This document shows positions 1 through 9,537 of a DNA stretch of 64,000 nucleotides, one piece after another. Position 1 is the first letter of the stretch, and the number at the start of each line of letters is the position of its first letter. A program made the translations under genes and the position numbers. The notes beneath the pieces were generated by a model, which had not been told where the DNA came from, ran no database searches, and worked only from the letters and a program-made list of their open reading frames with translations. The stretch comes from Gemmatimonadota bacterium (GTDB lineage Bacteria; Gemmatimonadota; Gemmatimonadetes; Palauibacterales; Palauibacteraceae). The DNA lies in contig OY762926.1 of NCBI GenBank assembly GCA_963666735.1, positions 3,584,001-3,648,000 on the forward strand. The letters are read 5' to 3'.

Positions 1-179
1 GACGCCCACTCAACCACGAAGCCGAGCGCCCGGGGTGGAAGGCGTCCCCTCAGCACGGAGAAATCCTCGATGCCGATCACGGCTTCTGCGCCGCTGTACT
101 CGGCATGGAAGTGGGCAGGACCGTGCTCCCGAAAATACATGCGAATGACGATGCCGTAGAACCGGCAGACTTCAGGCAT
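1..179 (-). CDS. DUF4160 family protein (putative toxin), 3' end outside window
   Basis: Manual translation MPEVCRFYGIVIRMYFREHGPAHFHAEYSGAEAVIGIEDFSVLRGRLPPRALGFVVEW matches the DUF4160 pattern; start overlaps the upstream stop (ATGCCTGA); absent from the ORF track. Confidence 0.85.
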   Translation of the reverse strand, partial: MPEVCRFYGIVIRMYFREHGPAHFHAEYSGAEAVIGIEDFSVLRGRLPPRALGFVVEWA

Positions 180-456
180 GCGAAACTGACTTGGCGAGTC
201 CCGGAAACACGTGCTGAGGAGACCTGCCGGTTAGATCGAGGTAGAGCGCGTCGGGACAGAGTTCGATCTCCGCCGACCAGGCGACCGCGCCGTGCGGCGC
301 CAGGTGGACGGTGCCGAAGAGATCCTGGTTATCCCATGCCCGAAAGACGCCCTTGCCCGCCAGGTCGGAAAGATCGATCTCTCCCGCGCAACCATCCGCA
401 AACCGGATCCAGATCCGGTACCCTTCGCGCGCCTTCACCTCAGCGACGCTGATCAT
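172..456 (-). CDS. DUF2442 family protein (putative antitoxin)
   Basis: EVKAREGYRIWIRFADG...GAVAWSAEIELCPDALY; GGAGG upstream of ATG at 456. Confidence 0.85.
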   Translation of the reverse strand: MISVAEVKAREGYRIWIRFADGCAGEIDLSDLAGKGVFRAWDNQDLFGTVHLAPHGAVAWSAEIELCPDALYLDLTGRSPQHVFPGLAKSVSHA

Positions 457-611
457 CGATCTCTCGTCCTCCATTCTGATGCTCCGTCCGTACCATGCCC
501 CGAACATACTAGAAACCGGGCGCATCCGGCGGAATCACCGCGTGAAACTGATGGCGCGGAAGTACCCCGACACGCTCGACCGGCTGGCGTCGCTATAGGC
601 ACGGTGCGGAA

Positions 612-1403
612 TCAGGTGCCCGGAGTGGCCTCGAGCGTCTCCAGCCAGCGATAGCCGTAGGCCGGAACATCGGGTGATCCGGTCATGCCTTCGGGGAACA
701 TGTCGAACCTCTCGACGCGCAGGCGATAGCTGGAGCCGTGCGCGGGCTGGAAGCCCACGACCTCGCCGCGGTAGGGGGCGCCGTTGACGACCTTGCAGTA
801 CCCGGGGTAGCCGTCGCCGCACTCGACCCGGTGGCGGTCGATGGTGATCTCCTCTTCCGTGCCCGCGGCCCTGGTCTTCGAGACGACTTCACTCAGCACG
901 TACCGGCCATCGGCATACCTGTTGGCCTCGAGGACGTAGTGGTGGCCCGCTTCGTATTCGAAGCTGGTGATCAGCTCGTCGTACGGCGCGCCGTCCACCA
1001 CCGGGCAGAAGTCGTCACTTCGGTGGCAGATGACCCGCGCCGGACCCACCGGCAGGGTGGCGGGCGTGGAGGGCGCCGGGGTCTTCTCCAGTTGCTCCAG
1101 CAAGCGGTAGGCATACCGGCCGGCATCCTGGGGCGGTTCCCCCCCGTCCCGGGGATCGTACTTGCCGATCCGCAGGCGATAGTCGTAGCCGGGCTCGTAT
1201 TCGAATCCCTCGATGCCGTCGTGGAACACCCCGCCGTTGACGACCATGCATGACCGCAGGCCCACGCCGTAGCACTTGGCCAGCGTGGGGCCGACGGTCA
1301 CCTCCAGCGTCTCGAGGTAGGCGGGCTCGCCCGGCCCCGTGGAACCGCCGCAGCCGGCAAAGACCAGGGCCGGCAGGACGAAAGCAAGCCTTCTGCTGCG
1401 AAT
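612..1403 (-). CDS. Lipoprotein with three DUF4377-like repeats
   Basis: Lipobox-like VFAGC; three units of C-x-C..V(N/D)G...F(E/Q)...G..Y.L; start uncertain (ATT at 1403 after AAGGAGG, or a TTG further upstream). Confidence 0.7.
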   Translation of the reverse strand: MRSRRLAFVLPALVFAGCGGSTGPGEPAYLETLEVTVGPTLAKCYGVGLRSCMVVNGGVFHDGIEGFEYEPGYDYRLRIGKYDPRDGGEPPQDAGRYAYRLLEQLEKTPAPSTPATLPVGPARVICHRSDDFCPVVDGAPYDELITSFEYEAGHHYVLEANRYADGRYVLSEVVSKTRAAGTEEEITIDRHRVECGDGYPGYCKVVNGAPYRGEVVGFQPAHGSSYRLRVERFDMFPEGMTGSPDVPAYGYRWLETLEATPGT

Positions 1404-1587
1404 CGGAGTCCTCCTTCGGTTCGGCTGTCGCCGCCACTCCGCAGCCGCGTCGCATCTCAACAGGCCTCTGACGGCTCGATTCGGGAATCTACCCGTCACA
1501 GGCTCCGGGGTTCTCACGCCGCAAACATCCGGCCAGCCCGATTCCGGGCCCGGCGTCGCAGCGGCCGCCGGTGTATCATGTCCCACC

Positions 1588-1998
1588 ATGGAAGGGCATG
1601 CGAAGGGACTCGGGCACGGGCGCGCGCCGGACCCGCCGGACGAGCGGGAGCAAGCGCGCCGGGGCGAACCGCGGATCGTCGACAAGCCCTGGGGACGCGA
1701 GGTGTGGTATGCCCACACCGATCGCTACGCGGGCAAGATCCTGGAAGTCGACGCCGGGCACATCCTCTCGCTGCAGAAGCACGTCGTGAAGCACGAGACG
1801 ATGCTGCTCCAGGCCGGGCGCGTGCGCTTCACGCTCAACGACGAAGTCTTCGAGTGGCTCCCGGGCGAGATCATCTCCATTCCGCCGGGGAACGTGCACC
1901 GCATGGAGGCGCTCGAGGACAGCGTCATCCTCGAGGTGAGCACGCCGGAACTGGACGACCTGGTGCGCCTCGAGGACCGCTACGGACGGGTCCGTTGA
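1588..1998 (+). CDS. Cupin domain protein (mannose-6-phosphate isomerase-like)
   Basis: VDKPWGRE...LSLQKHVVKHET...PPGNVHRMEA...EVSTPELDDLVRLEDRYGR. Confidence 0.85.
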   Translation: MEGHAKGLGHGRAPDPPDEREQARRGEPRIVDKPWGREVWYAHTDRYAGKILEVDAGHILSLQKHVVKHETMLLQAGRVRFTLNDEVFEWLPGEIISIPPGNVHRMEALEDSVILEVSTPELDDLVRLEDRYGRVR

Positions 1999-2053
1999 AC
2001 GGTCGCGCCGGCCCTGGACGTTCCCGCGGGAACGTCCGCCGTCTCAGCCGCCG

Positions 2054-2272
2054 CTAACCCAGCGCGTCGAGGATCTCCTCATGGGATGGGTGTCGGCCCG
2101 TGGCGGCCTTCGAGTAGATGAGCCTTCCATCCGCCACGACCTCGAACCGGCCGCCGCCGGACGGGATCATCTCGATTTCCGGATTGTCGAACCGTTCCCT
2201 GAGAGTTGCCGCCAGACTGGCGGCTTTCGGCTCGTAGTTTCAAGCGGTGCAGTATTCGATCGATATGTGCAT
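2054..2272 (-). CDS. SelW/SelT/SelH (Rdx family) selenoprotein, 72 aa, TGA at codon 11 read as Sec
   Basis: MHISIEYCTA(TGA)NYEPKAASLAATLRERFDNPEIEMIPSGGGRFEVVADGRLIYSKAATGRHPSHEEILDALG*; CxxU motif plus GxFEV and SK..GR.P Rdx motifs. Confidence 0.9.
2208..2224 (-). promoter_or_regulatory. Bacterial SECIS-like hairpin
   Basis: GCCGCCA-GTC-TGGCGGC 7-bp perfect stem beginning 15 nt downstream of the in-frame TGA (2242-2240). Confidence 0.75.
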
Positions 2273-2400
2273 GCTGTCCGTCCCCGTCTCGGTTCTTCCG
2301 ATGCTCCGCGCCGGCCCGCGCCGGCCGCGATTCGGTGCTCGATTCGGCACGCGGCACGTTCGCCGTTGACCCTGTGCGGCACAATGGGGTATCTACGGGC

Positions 2401-5400
2401 ATGAAACACAAGCCTGCGCAGCCGTCGGACCTCGGGCCGCTGATCCGCGAGGTCGAATCGCGCCTCCCGGACGCGCCCGGCGAAGCGGTCCGCAATCTCT
2501 CCCGCCGGATCTTCAGCCGCGGCTACACCCACATCGCGGATGGGCGTCCAATCCGCGCTCTGGCAGATGACGTCGCCGCGCTCTATCGCCTCGTCGCCGG
2601 CGCCGCCGACGGCGAAATCGCGATCCGGCTCGCCTGGGACGAGGACGATCCGTCTCGCGGCGTGCTTCAGACGGTGATGGAGGACCGGCCCTTCATCGTC
2701 GACACGCTGCGCGAGTATCTCCACTCCGCCGGAATCGATATTCCGCACCTTCTCCACCCGGTCGTCGTGGTCGACCGGGACGCCTCCGGCCGCGTGCTCG
2801 ACGTCCGCGACCACTCCGCCGACGGCACGCGCGTGTCGGTCGTCCACATCGTGCTCGACGACGCACACCACGCGGAGGTCCGCGAGACGCTGGAAGCCGA
2901 GGTGCGGCAGCGCCTCGAACTCGTCAGGGCCGTCACCGCGGACTTCTCCCCCATGATCGACCAGGTGGGGACGCTCGTCAGCGGACTCGAGGCCAAGCGG
3001 ATCGAGACGCCGTGGCGCAGCGCCGAATTCGAGGAGATCCAGGACCTCCTCCGGTGGCTCGTGGACCCCGGGTTCGTCTTCCTCGGCTATCGCGCCTACC
3101 ACATCGAGACGGACGACGCCGGCCGCGACTGGATTCGCGTCGACGAGGGAAGCGGGCTCGGGATCCTCCGGGACGACGGCAAATCGAAATACCACGAACC
3201 CCGGCCCCTGGACGAACTCCCCGCCTACCTCCGCGCCCGGGTGCTGGGCGGCCCTCTTCTCATCATCTCGAAGACCAACGCCCAGAGTCCGATTCGGCGC
3301 AACGTCCGCATGGACTACGTGGGCATCAAGCGTCTGCGCCCGGACGGGACGGTCTACGGCGAGCACCGGTTCCTCGGCCTGTTCACCGCGAAAGCGTTCT
3401 CGCAGGACGCCTCCTCCATCCCGATCCTGCGCCGCAAGCTGCGCGAGATCCTTCAGCTCGAAGCCGCGCCCCCGGGATCGCACGACTACAACGTCATCCT
3501 GGGGACGTTCAACTCGATGCCGAAGGAGGAACTGTTCCTCGCCTCGGTGGAGGAGATCCGCTCGGTTATCGACGCCGTAATGGCGACGGGAGGCGGCGAC
3601 GACGTGCGGGTCACGGCGCGTCCCGACCAGCTTGGCCGCGGGGTTCAACTCCTGGTCATTCTCCCCAAGACCCATTTCTCGGGGCAGGTGCGGAGGCGGC
3701 TGCAGGCGGCGCTGATCGAAGCTTACCGGGGGACGCTCCTCAACTATCACCTCGCGCTCGGCCAGGGCGACCAGGCGCGCCTCCACTTCTACCTGGCCCA
3801 CGACCCGGACGAGGTCGGGTCCGTCGACCTCGACGCCGTTCAAGCCGAGGTCCGCTCGATCGTCCGCACCTGGGAGGAGCGGCTCGAGGATGCGCTCGAT
3901 GCCGTCCACGGTCCCACGCGGGGCCACGAACTCGCAACGCATGTCGTGCGTTTCTCGACCGGCTACCAGGCGGCGATGGACATCGACACCGCGGTCGAGG
4001 ACGTGGCCTGTCTCGCGCGGCTGGCCGAGACGGGCGAGAGCCAGGTACTGCTCAAACGGTCCGCGGGAGAAGCGGACGAGCGGCACTATCAGCTGCGGCT
4101 GTACGCCCGGAAGGGTCACTACGTCCTCAGCGACGTGATCCCCACGCTCGAGAACCTGGGGCTCCGGGTGCTCGACTCGCTCCGCTTCACGATCCAGCTC
4201 AAGGACGAGACGCCCGGCGCCACGGAAGAGACGTTCGCGGCGCGCGTCCAGTCCTTCGAAGCCGAGGCGATGCGAGCCGGCGACATCGACATCGCGGCGG
4301 CGCAGGACAGGATCGGCGACATGCTGCGGGCCATCCGGGCGGGGCTCGCGGAAGATGACCGGCTGAACGAGCTCATCGTGACGGCCGGCCTGACATGGCA
4401 GGAGGTCTCGGTCCTCCGGGCCTACGCCGGCTACACGTTCCGCATCGGCGCCGTGGCCGCTCCCACGGGCGGCCAGTTTCCGCTCACGGCGTACCCCGGC
4501 ATCGCACGCTGCATCTTCCGGGCCTTCGAGGCGCGCTTCGATCCGGAGGCGCGGGAGGGGGCGGCCGACACGATGCGGCGTCTGAAGCGCGAGTTCACGC
4601 TCGCGCTGGCTTCGGTGCGCGGGATCGAGGACGACCGGACGCTGCGGCGGATGATGGAACTCGTCCACGCGACCGTGCGCACCAACCATTACCGGGACGA
4701 GTTGCGCCGGTCGCCTCTTCTCGCCCTCAAGATCTCGAGCCGCTCCGTCGACTTCATTCCGAAGCCGAAGCCGAAGCACGAGATCTATCTGCGCGGCCCT
4801 CGCACGGAGGCCGCCCACTTGCGCATGGACGACGTGGCGCGCGGCGGGATCCGGTGGAGCGACCGGTACGGTGATTTCCGGGTGGAAGTGCTCGGGCTCG
4901 TGAAGACGCAGAGGGTGAAGAACGCCGTCATCGTGCCCGGCGGCGCGAAGGGCGCCTTCATCGTGAAGGGCCTGCCGGAGGGTCGCGAGGCGCGGCTTGC
5001 GGCAGGGTTGGACAGCTACCGGGACTTCATTCGCGGGCTTCTGGAAGTCTCCGACGACGTCGTCGATGGCGAGGTGACGCAGCCCCGGGGGATGGTGATC
5101 CACGACGGACCCGATCCGTACCTCGTCGTCGCGGCGGACAAGGGGACGGCGAAGAACTCGGATACGGCCAATGAACTCGCGGCGGAAGCGGGCTTCTGGC
5201 TCGATGACGCCTTCGCTTCCGGCGGATCGCAGGGGTACGACCACAAGAAAGAGGGGATCACGGCCCGCGGTGCGTGGGAATGCGTGAAGCGCCACTTCCG
5301 GGAAGCGGACATCGACTACAAGAACGAGCCCTTCACGGCGGTCGGCATCGGGGATATGAGCGGCGACGTGTTCGGCAACGGGATGCTGCTCAGCAAGCAG

Positions 5401-7242
5401 ATCCAACTCGTCGCCGCCTTCGATCACCGCGACATCTTCCTCGATCCGAACCCGGACCCGAAGGCGTCGTGGGGGGAACGGAAACGGCTGTTCGACCTCC
5501 CGGCCTCGTCGTGGGCCGACTACGACACGGAGCTTCTGAGCGAGGGGGGTGGCGTCTACGACCGGACGGAGAAGCAGATTCCCCTCTCACCGCAGATCCG
5601 CGAGCGCCTCGCCATCGACCGCGAGGAGATGAACGGAAACGAGTTGATCCGCGCGATCCTGTCGGCACCGGTCGACCTCCTCTGGAACGGCGGCATCGGC
5701 ACGTACGTGAAGGCGAGTTCGGAACGCCACGCCGATGTGGGCGACCCGAGCGGCGATCCCACACGGGTCGATGCCACGGCCATTCGGGCGCGGGTCGTGG
5801 GGGAGGGCGGCAATCTCGGCTTCACGCAGCGCGCCCGGGTGGAGTACGCGCTTCGCGGAGGGAGCATCAACACCGATGCCGTGGACAACTCCGCCGGTGT
5901 CGACATGTCCGACCACGAGGTCAACCTCAAGATCCTGCTGGGCGCGCCACTGTCGCAGGGGCGGATCGACTACGAGGCGCGAAACGATCTGATGCGGGAG
6001 TGCACGGACGAGGTCGCGTGGAAGGTCCTCCGCAACACGTACAGCCAGAGCCTCGCGATCAGCCTCGACTACATCCGGGCGCGGCGCGCGCCCGCGGCAT
6101 TCCGCGAGGTGATCCAGCGCTTCGAGCGGGAAGGGATCCTGGATCCGGCCCTCGAATACCTGCCGGCCGGCGAGGATCTCATCGAACGGGAGAACACCGG
6201 GGCGCACCTCACGAGGCCGGAACTCGCGACGGTGATGGCCTACTCGAAGCTGCACCTCAAGCATGCGCTCACGGAATCCAGCGTGTCCCGCGATCCGGCC
6301 ATGATGGAACTCGTGGAGGACTACTTCCCATTCGGGGCGCTGAAGGAGGTCGAGACCTCGGACCTCGAGGAGCACCGGCTGCGCCCGAACATCTCGAGCA
6401 TGCTGCTGACGAACCGCTACGTGGACCGCATGGGCGCCACGAGCCATATCCGGCTCATGGAGGAGACCGGCCGCGCCGCCGCGACCGTCGCCCGCACCTG
6501 GTACGTGGCGTCAAGGATCGCGGACTCCGAGGACCTTTACGAGCGGCTGCGTGTCGCCGATGTCCGCATGCGGAGCGGGGCGCAGAACGAATGCTACCTT
6601 GCCATGGCCGACGCGCTGACGCGCGCGACGCGATGGCTCCTGCAGCGGACCGGCCCCACGCAGCCGATCAGCGAGGCGATCGAATGGCTGCACGGCCCCG
6701 TGCGGGCGGTCCGCGAGGCGCTGCCGGAACTGCTCACCGCGGAGCGGCTGGAACGTTTCGAGTCCACCTGCTCGCTGCACAAGATGGACGGACTCGACCC
6801 GGAGGGTGCGGCGCAACTCGCGACCTTCCGCTACGTGGACGAACTGCTGCCGATCGCCAGCCTCATCCGCGAAACGGGCGCCGGCACGCGCGACGTCGGC
6901 GCGGTGTACTTCGGTCTCGCCGAGGAAATCGACTTTCCGTGGCTGCGGAGCCGCGTCTATTCGCTGGCCTCGGACGACCCGTGGGACCAGAGAGCGGCGC
7001 GCATCCTCGTCACGCGACTCGAGCTGGCGCGTTCACGCATGGCGGCGCAGATCATCGCCCTCGCCGATGGGTCGACGACGGCAGACGCGGTGCGGTCCTT
7101 CCGGCGCCGGAACGCGGTGGGGTTGAGCCGAATCCGAAACGTGATCGCCGACGTCCGGAGCACCGGGGCGGAGCTCCCCGGGCTCGTCGTGGCCGTCGAT
7201 GCCGTCAACGATCCGGGGATCCTGGAACCCCCGGACCGCTGA
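2401..7242 (+). CDS. gdhB: NAD-specific glutamate dehydrogenase (large, GDH2 type)
   Basis: VARGGIRWSDR, QRVKNAVIVPGGAKG, YLVVAADKGTA, GIGDMSGDVFGNGML motifs; ~1610 aa. Confidence 0.95.
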   Translation: MKHKPAQPSDLGPLIREVESRLPDAPGEAVRNLSRRIFSRGYTHIADGRPIRALADDVAALYRLVAGAADGEIAIRLAWDEDDPSRGVLQTVMEDRPFIVDTLREYLHSAGIDIPHLLHPVVVVDRDASGRVLDVRDHSADGTRVSVVHIVLDDAHHAEVRETLEAEVRQRLELVRAVTADFSPMIDQVGTLVSGLEAKRIETPWRSAEFEEIQDLLRWLVDPGFVFLGYRAYHIETDDAGRDWIRVDEGSGLGILRDDGKSKYHEPRPLDELPAYLRARVLGGPLLIISKTNAQSPIRRNVRMDYVGIKRLRPDGTVYGEHRFLGLFTAKAFSQDASSIPILRRKLREILQLEAAPPGSHDYNVILGTFNSMPKEELFLASVEEIRSVIDAVMATGGGDDVRVTARPDQLGRGVQLLVILPKTHFSGQVRRRLQAALIEAYRGTLLNYHLALGQGDQARLHFYLAHDPDEVGSVDLDAVQAEVRSIVRTWEERLEDALDAVHGPTRGHELATHVVRFSTGYQAAMDIDTAVEDVACLARLAETGESQVLLKRSAGEADERHYQLRLYARKGHYVLSDVIPTLENLGLRVLDSLRFTIQLKDETPGATEETFAARVQSFEAEAMRAGDIDIAAAQDRIGDMLRAIRAGLAEDDRLNELIVTAGLTWQEVSVLRAYAGYTFRIGAVAAPTGGQFPLTAYPGIARCIFRAFEARFDPEAREGAADTMRRLKREFTLALASVRGIEDDRTLRRMMELVHATVRTNHYRDELRRSPLLALKISSRSVDFIPKPKPKHEIYLRGPRTEAAHLRMDDVARGGIRWSDRYGDFRVEVLGLVKTQRVKNAVIVPGGAKGAFIVKGLPEGREARLAAGLDSYRDFIRGLLEVSDDVVDGEVTQPRGMVIHDGPDPYLVVAADKGTAKNSDTANELAAEAGFWLDDAFASGGSQGYDHKKEGITARGAWECVKRHFREADIDYKNEPFTAVGIGDMSGDVFGNGMLLSKQIQLVAAFDHRDIFLDPNPDPKASWGERKRLFDLPASSWADYDTELLSEGGGVYDRTEKQIPLSPQIRERLAIDREEMNGNELIRAILSAPVDLLWNGGIGTYVKASSERHADVGDPSGDPTRVDATAIRARVVGEGGNLGFTQRARVEYALRGGSINTDAVDNSAGVDMSDHEVNLKILLGAPLSQGRIDYEARNDLMRECTDEVAWKVLRNTYSQSLAISLDYIRARRAPAAFREVIQRFEREGILDPALEYLPAGEDLIERENTGAHLTRPELATVMAYSKLHLKHALTESSVSRDPAMMELVEDYFPFGALKEVETSDLEEHRLRPNISSMLLTNRYVDRMGATSHIRLMEETGRAAATVARTWYVASRIADSEDLYERLRVADVRMRSGAQNECYLAMADALTRATRWLLQRTGPTQPISEAIEWLHGPVRAVREALPELLTAERLERFESTCSLHKMDGLDPEGAAQLATFRYVDELLPIASLIRETGAGTRDVGAVYFGLAEEIDFPWLRSRVYSLASDDPWDQRAARILVTRLELARSRMAAQIIALADGSTTADAVRSFRRRNAVGLSRIRNVIADVRSTGAELPGLVVAVDAVNDPGILEPPDR

Positions 7243-7273
7243 TCGGCTCAGGCTGCGGGAAGCCGGAAGCGGG

Positions 7274-8674
7274 CTAGTAGTTGACGTACTGTTCGAGTTC
7301 CCACTGGGAGACCGACGCCACGTAGTCGCTCCATTCCGCCTTCTTGCGGCTGATGAACTGCCCGGAGATGTGGTCTCCGAGCGCGTCCCTCATGACGTCG
7401 TTCGCCTCAAACTCCTCCACCGCCTCACCCAGGCTCGCCGGCAGCACCTCGAGCCCGATCCGCTCGCGCTCCTCGTCGGAAAGCTGCCACACGTTGGTGT
7501 CGAGCGGCGGACCGGGATCGATCCGGTTCTCGATGCCGTCGAGGCCGGCGGCGAGCTGGACGGCCAGCGCCAGATAGCCGTTGCACGACGGATCCGGCAT
7601 CCGGAACTCCGCCCTCGTCCCCAGGCCCCGCTGCTCCGGGATTCGGATCATCGGCGAGCGGTTCCGCTGCGACCACGCGATGGAAATCGGCGCCTCGTAC
7701 CCGGGCACGAGCCGCTTGTAGCTGTTCACGATCGGGTTGGTGACCGCGGCGATCGCCCGCGCGTGCTTCTTGAGCCCGCCGATGTAGTGGAGCATGACGT
7801 CGGACAGCTCGTAGTCCGCGTTCGCGTCGTGGAAGATGTTCTTCCCGCCCTTGAACAGCGACTGGTGCGTGTGCATGCCCGACCCGTTCGCGCCGAAGAT
7901 GGGCTTCGGCATGAACGTCGCGTGGAGTCCGTGCGCGCGCGCGACGTTGCGGACGACGAACTTGAAGGTCATGAGGTCGTCGGCCGTGCGCAGCGCCTCG
8001 CCGTACTTGTAGTCGATCTCGTGCTGGCCCTCGGCGACCTCGTGGTGCGCGGCCTCGATATCGAGCCCCATCGACTCCATGACGGTGACCATCTCGCGCC
8101 GCGCCCGCTCGGCGAGGTCCGACGGCGTGAGGTCGAAATACCCGCCCTCGTCGCCCGTGACGAAGTTGCAGCTCCCGTCCTCATTCGTCTTGAAGAGGAA
8201 GAACTCGGCCTCGACGGCGGCGTACATCGTGAAGCCCATCGACTCGGCCTTGGCGACGACGCGCTTGAGCGCCGCGCGCGGGCAACCCCCGAACGGCTTG
8301 TTGTAGGGGCGCCGCACGTCGCAGTACATCCGCGCCACGCGGGCGTCCGGATTCCCCCACGGGAAGATCCGGAACGTGTCCAGGTCCGGCCGGAGGAGCA
8401 TGTCGCTCTCCTCGATGCGGACGTAGCCCGCGATCGACGAGCCATCGAACATGACCTTGGCGTCGAATGCTTCCTCGAACTTGCTCGCCGGGACCTCGAC
8501 ATTCTTGGCGAAGCCGTTGATGTCGATGAAGATGAGACGAAGAAACCGGACGTTCAGCTCCTCGCAGAGCTTCAGGATCGCGTCTCGATCACCCGAGGCC
8601 ACGGTGCCCCCGTAGTCGTCGTATCGAACCTGCGAGGAGACTTCACTGGGTGCCGCGAAAACGGCGTCGGACAT
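7274..8674 (-). CDS. glnA: Glutamine synthetase type I
   Basis: FDGSSIAG, HHEVAEGQHE, ATFMPKP, NGSGMHTHQSL, SYKRLVPGYEAP; GGAGG before ATG 8674. Confidence 0.95.
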   Translation of the reverse strand: MSDAVFAAPSEVSSQVRYDDYGGTVASGDRDAILKLCEELNVRFLRLIFIDINGFAKNVEVPASKFEEAFDAKVMFDGSSIAGYVRIEESDMLLRPDLDTFRIFPWGNPDARVARMYCDVRRPYNKPFGGCPRAALKRVVAKAESMGFTMYAAVEAEFFLFKTNEDGSCNFVTGDEGGYFDLTPSDLAERARREMVTVMESMGLDIEAAHHEVAEGQHEIDYKYGEALRTADDLMTFKFVVRNVARAHGLHATFMPKPIFGANGSGMHTHQSLFKGGKNIFHDANADYELSDVMLHYIGGLKKHARAIAAVTNPIVNSYKRLVPGYEAPISIAWSQRNRSPMIRIPEQRGLGTRAEFRMPDPSCNGYLALAVQLAAGLDGIENRIDPGPPLDTNVWQLSDEERERIGLEVLPASLGEAVEEFEANDVMRDALGDHISGQFISRKKAEWSDYVASVSQWELEQYVNY

Positions 8675-8829
8675 GGTGCGACCTCCGGGTCTCTGGAGCT
8701 TGTCGAAAAGGAGGGTTCGTACGTTCGGTTCCGCTTGGGCGGTCGGGCACGACCCGCAATGTCGCGGGGCAGTATCGGCAGGAAGTCCGCACTCGTCAAC
8801 CTCCGTGTCCAGCCCGCTCGGCCGCCTCC

Positions 8830-9537
8830 TCACGGCCAGCTCCACCGCCGTACCGAGGCGGGTCGGCGCGCGCACGCCACGGCGCCGGCGAAACCCTCTC
8901 CCGGGAGGACGTCCGTCAGCCACCACGACCGTCCATCCAGTTCCCCCCGGATCGTGTCGACGCGGTCGAGCGGACGCGAAAGTCCCAGTCCGGCGGCCTT
9001 GAGGATCGATTCCTTCCGGGCCCAGATCCGGAAGAACTCCGGCCGGGCCGCCTCCGTCTCCCAGTCGGACCGGAGGCGCCGCTCTTCAGGGGAGAGGTGG
9101 TCGCGGGCGAGGCCCCCCGGATAGCTGAGCGGCCGGATGCGTTCGATGTCGACGCCGATCTCGCCGAGTTGGCCCACGGCGCACAGTGCGAGTCCGCCCG
9201 AGTGGCTGAGATTGAAGAAGAACGGGGGAGCGTCCCCGTCCCCCCCTCGTGCCGACACCAGCCGGGGCTTTCCATGCTCTCCGTACGCCAGCGCCAACTC
9301 CCCGGGCGGGACGCGCAGGTACTCGGAGAGGAGACATCGCAGCGCGATGCGGGCGCGGCGGAACCGGGCGCGCGCCTTCGCGCTGACGAGCCGCTCGGCG
9401 CGGGCCCGCTCGTCCGGACTCAGGAGTTCGCCGCCGCCGCTCTCGCGGCGGGCCGAGAGGTCGATCCTCCAGACGTGAAGGTCGGGCCCCGGCAGCCCCG
9501 GAGGACGGGCGCCCGCAGGCCAGTCCCCGCTGCTCAG
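8830..9537 (-). CDS. Sfp-type 4'-phosphopantetheinyl transferase
   Basis: GKP, FNLSHS, IGVDIE, WARKESILKAAGLGL; reading frame with HVWRIDL..LLSPDERARAERL continues upstream to a CTG overlapping the previous stop (start inferred). Confidence 0.85.
   Translation of the reverse strand: MSSGDWPAGARPPGLPGPDLHVWRIDLSARRESGGGELLSPDERARAERLVSAKARARFRRARIALRCLLSEYLRVPPGELALAYGEHGKPRLVSARGGDGDAPPFFFNLSHSGGLALCAVGQLGEIGVDIERIRPLSYPGGLARDHLSPEERRLRSDWETEAARPEFFRIWARKESILKAAGLGLSRPLDRVDTIRGELDGRSWWLTDVLPGEGFAGAVACARRPASVRRWSWP

Noticed and set aside
2081..2404. 107-aa plus-strand ORF
   Set aside because: Antisense shadow of the selenoprotein gene
2167..5427. 1086-aa minus-strand ORF
   Set aside because: Antisense shadow of gdhB, typical of high-GC codon bias; no motifs
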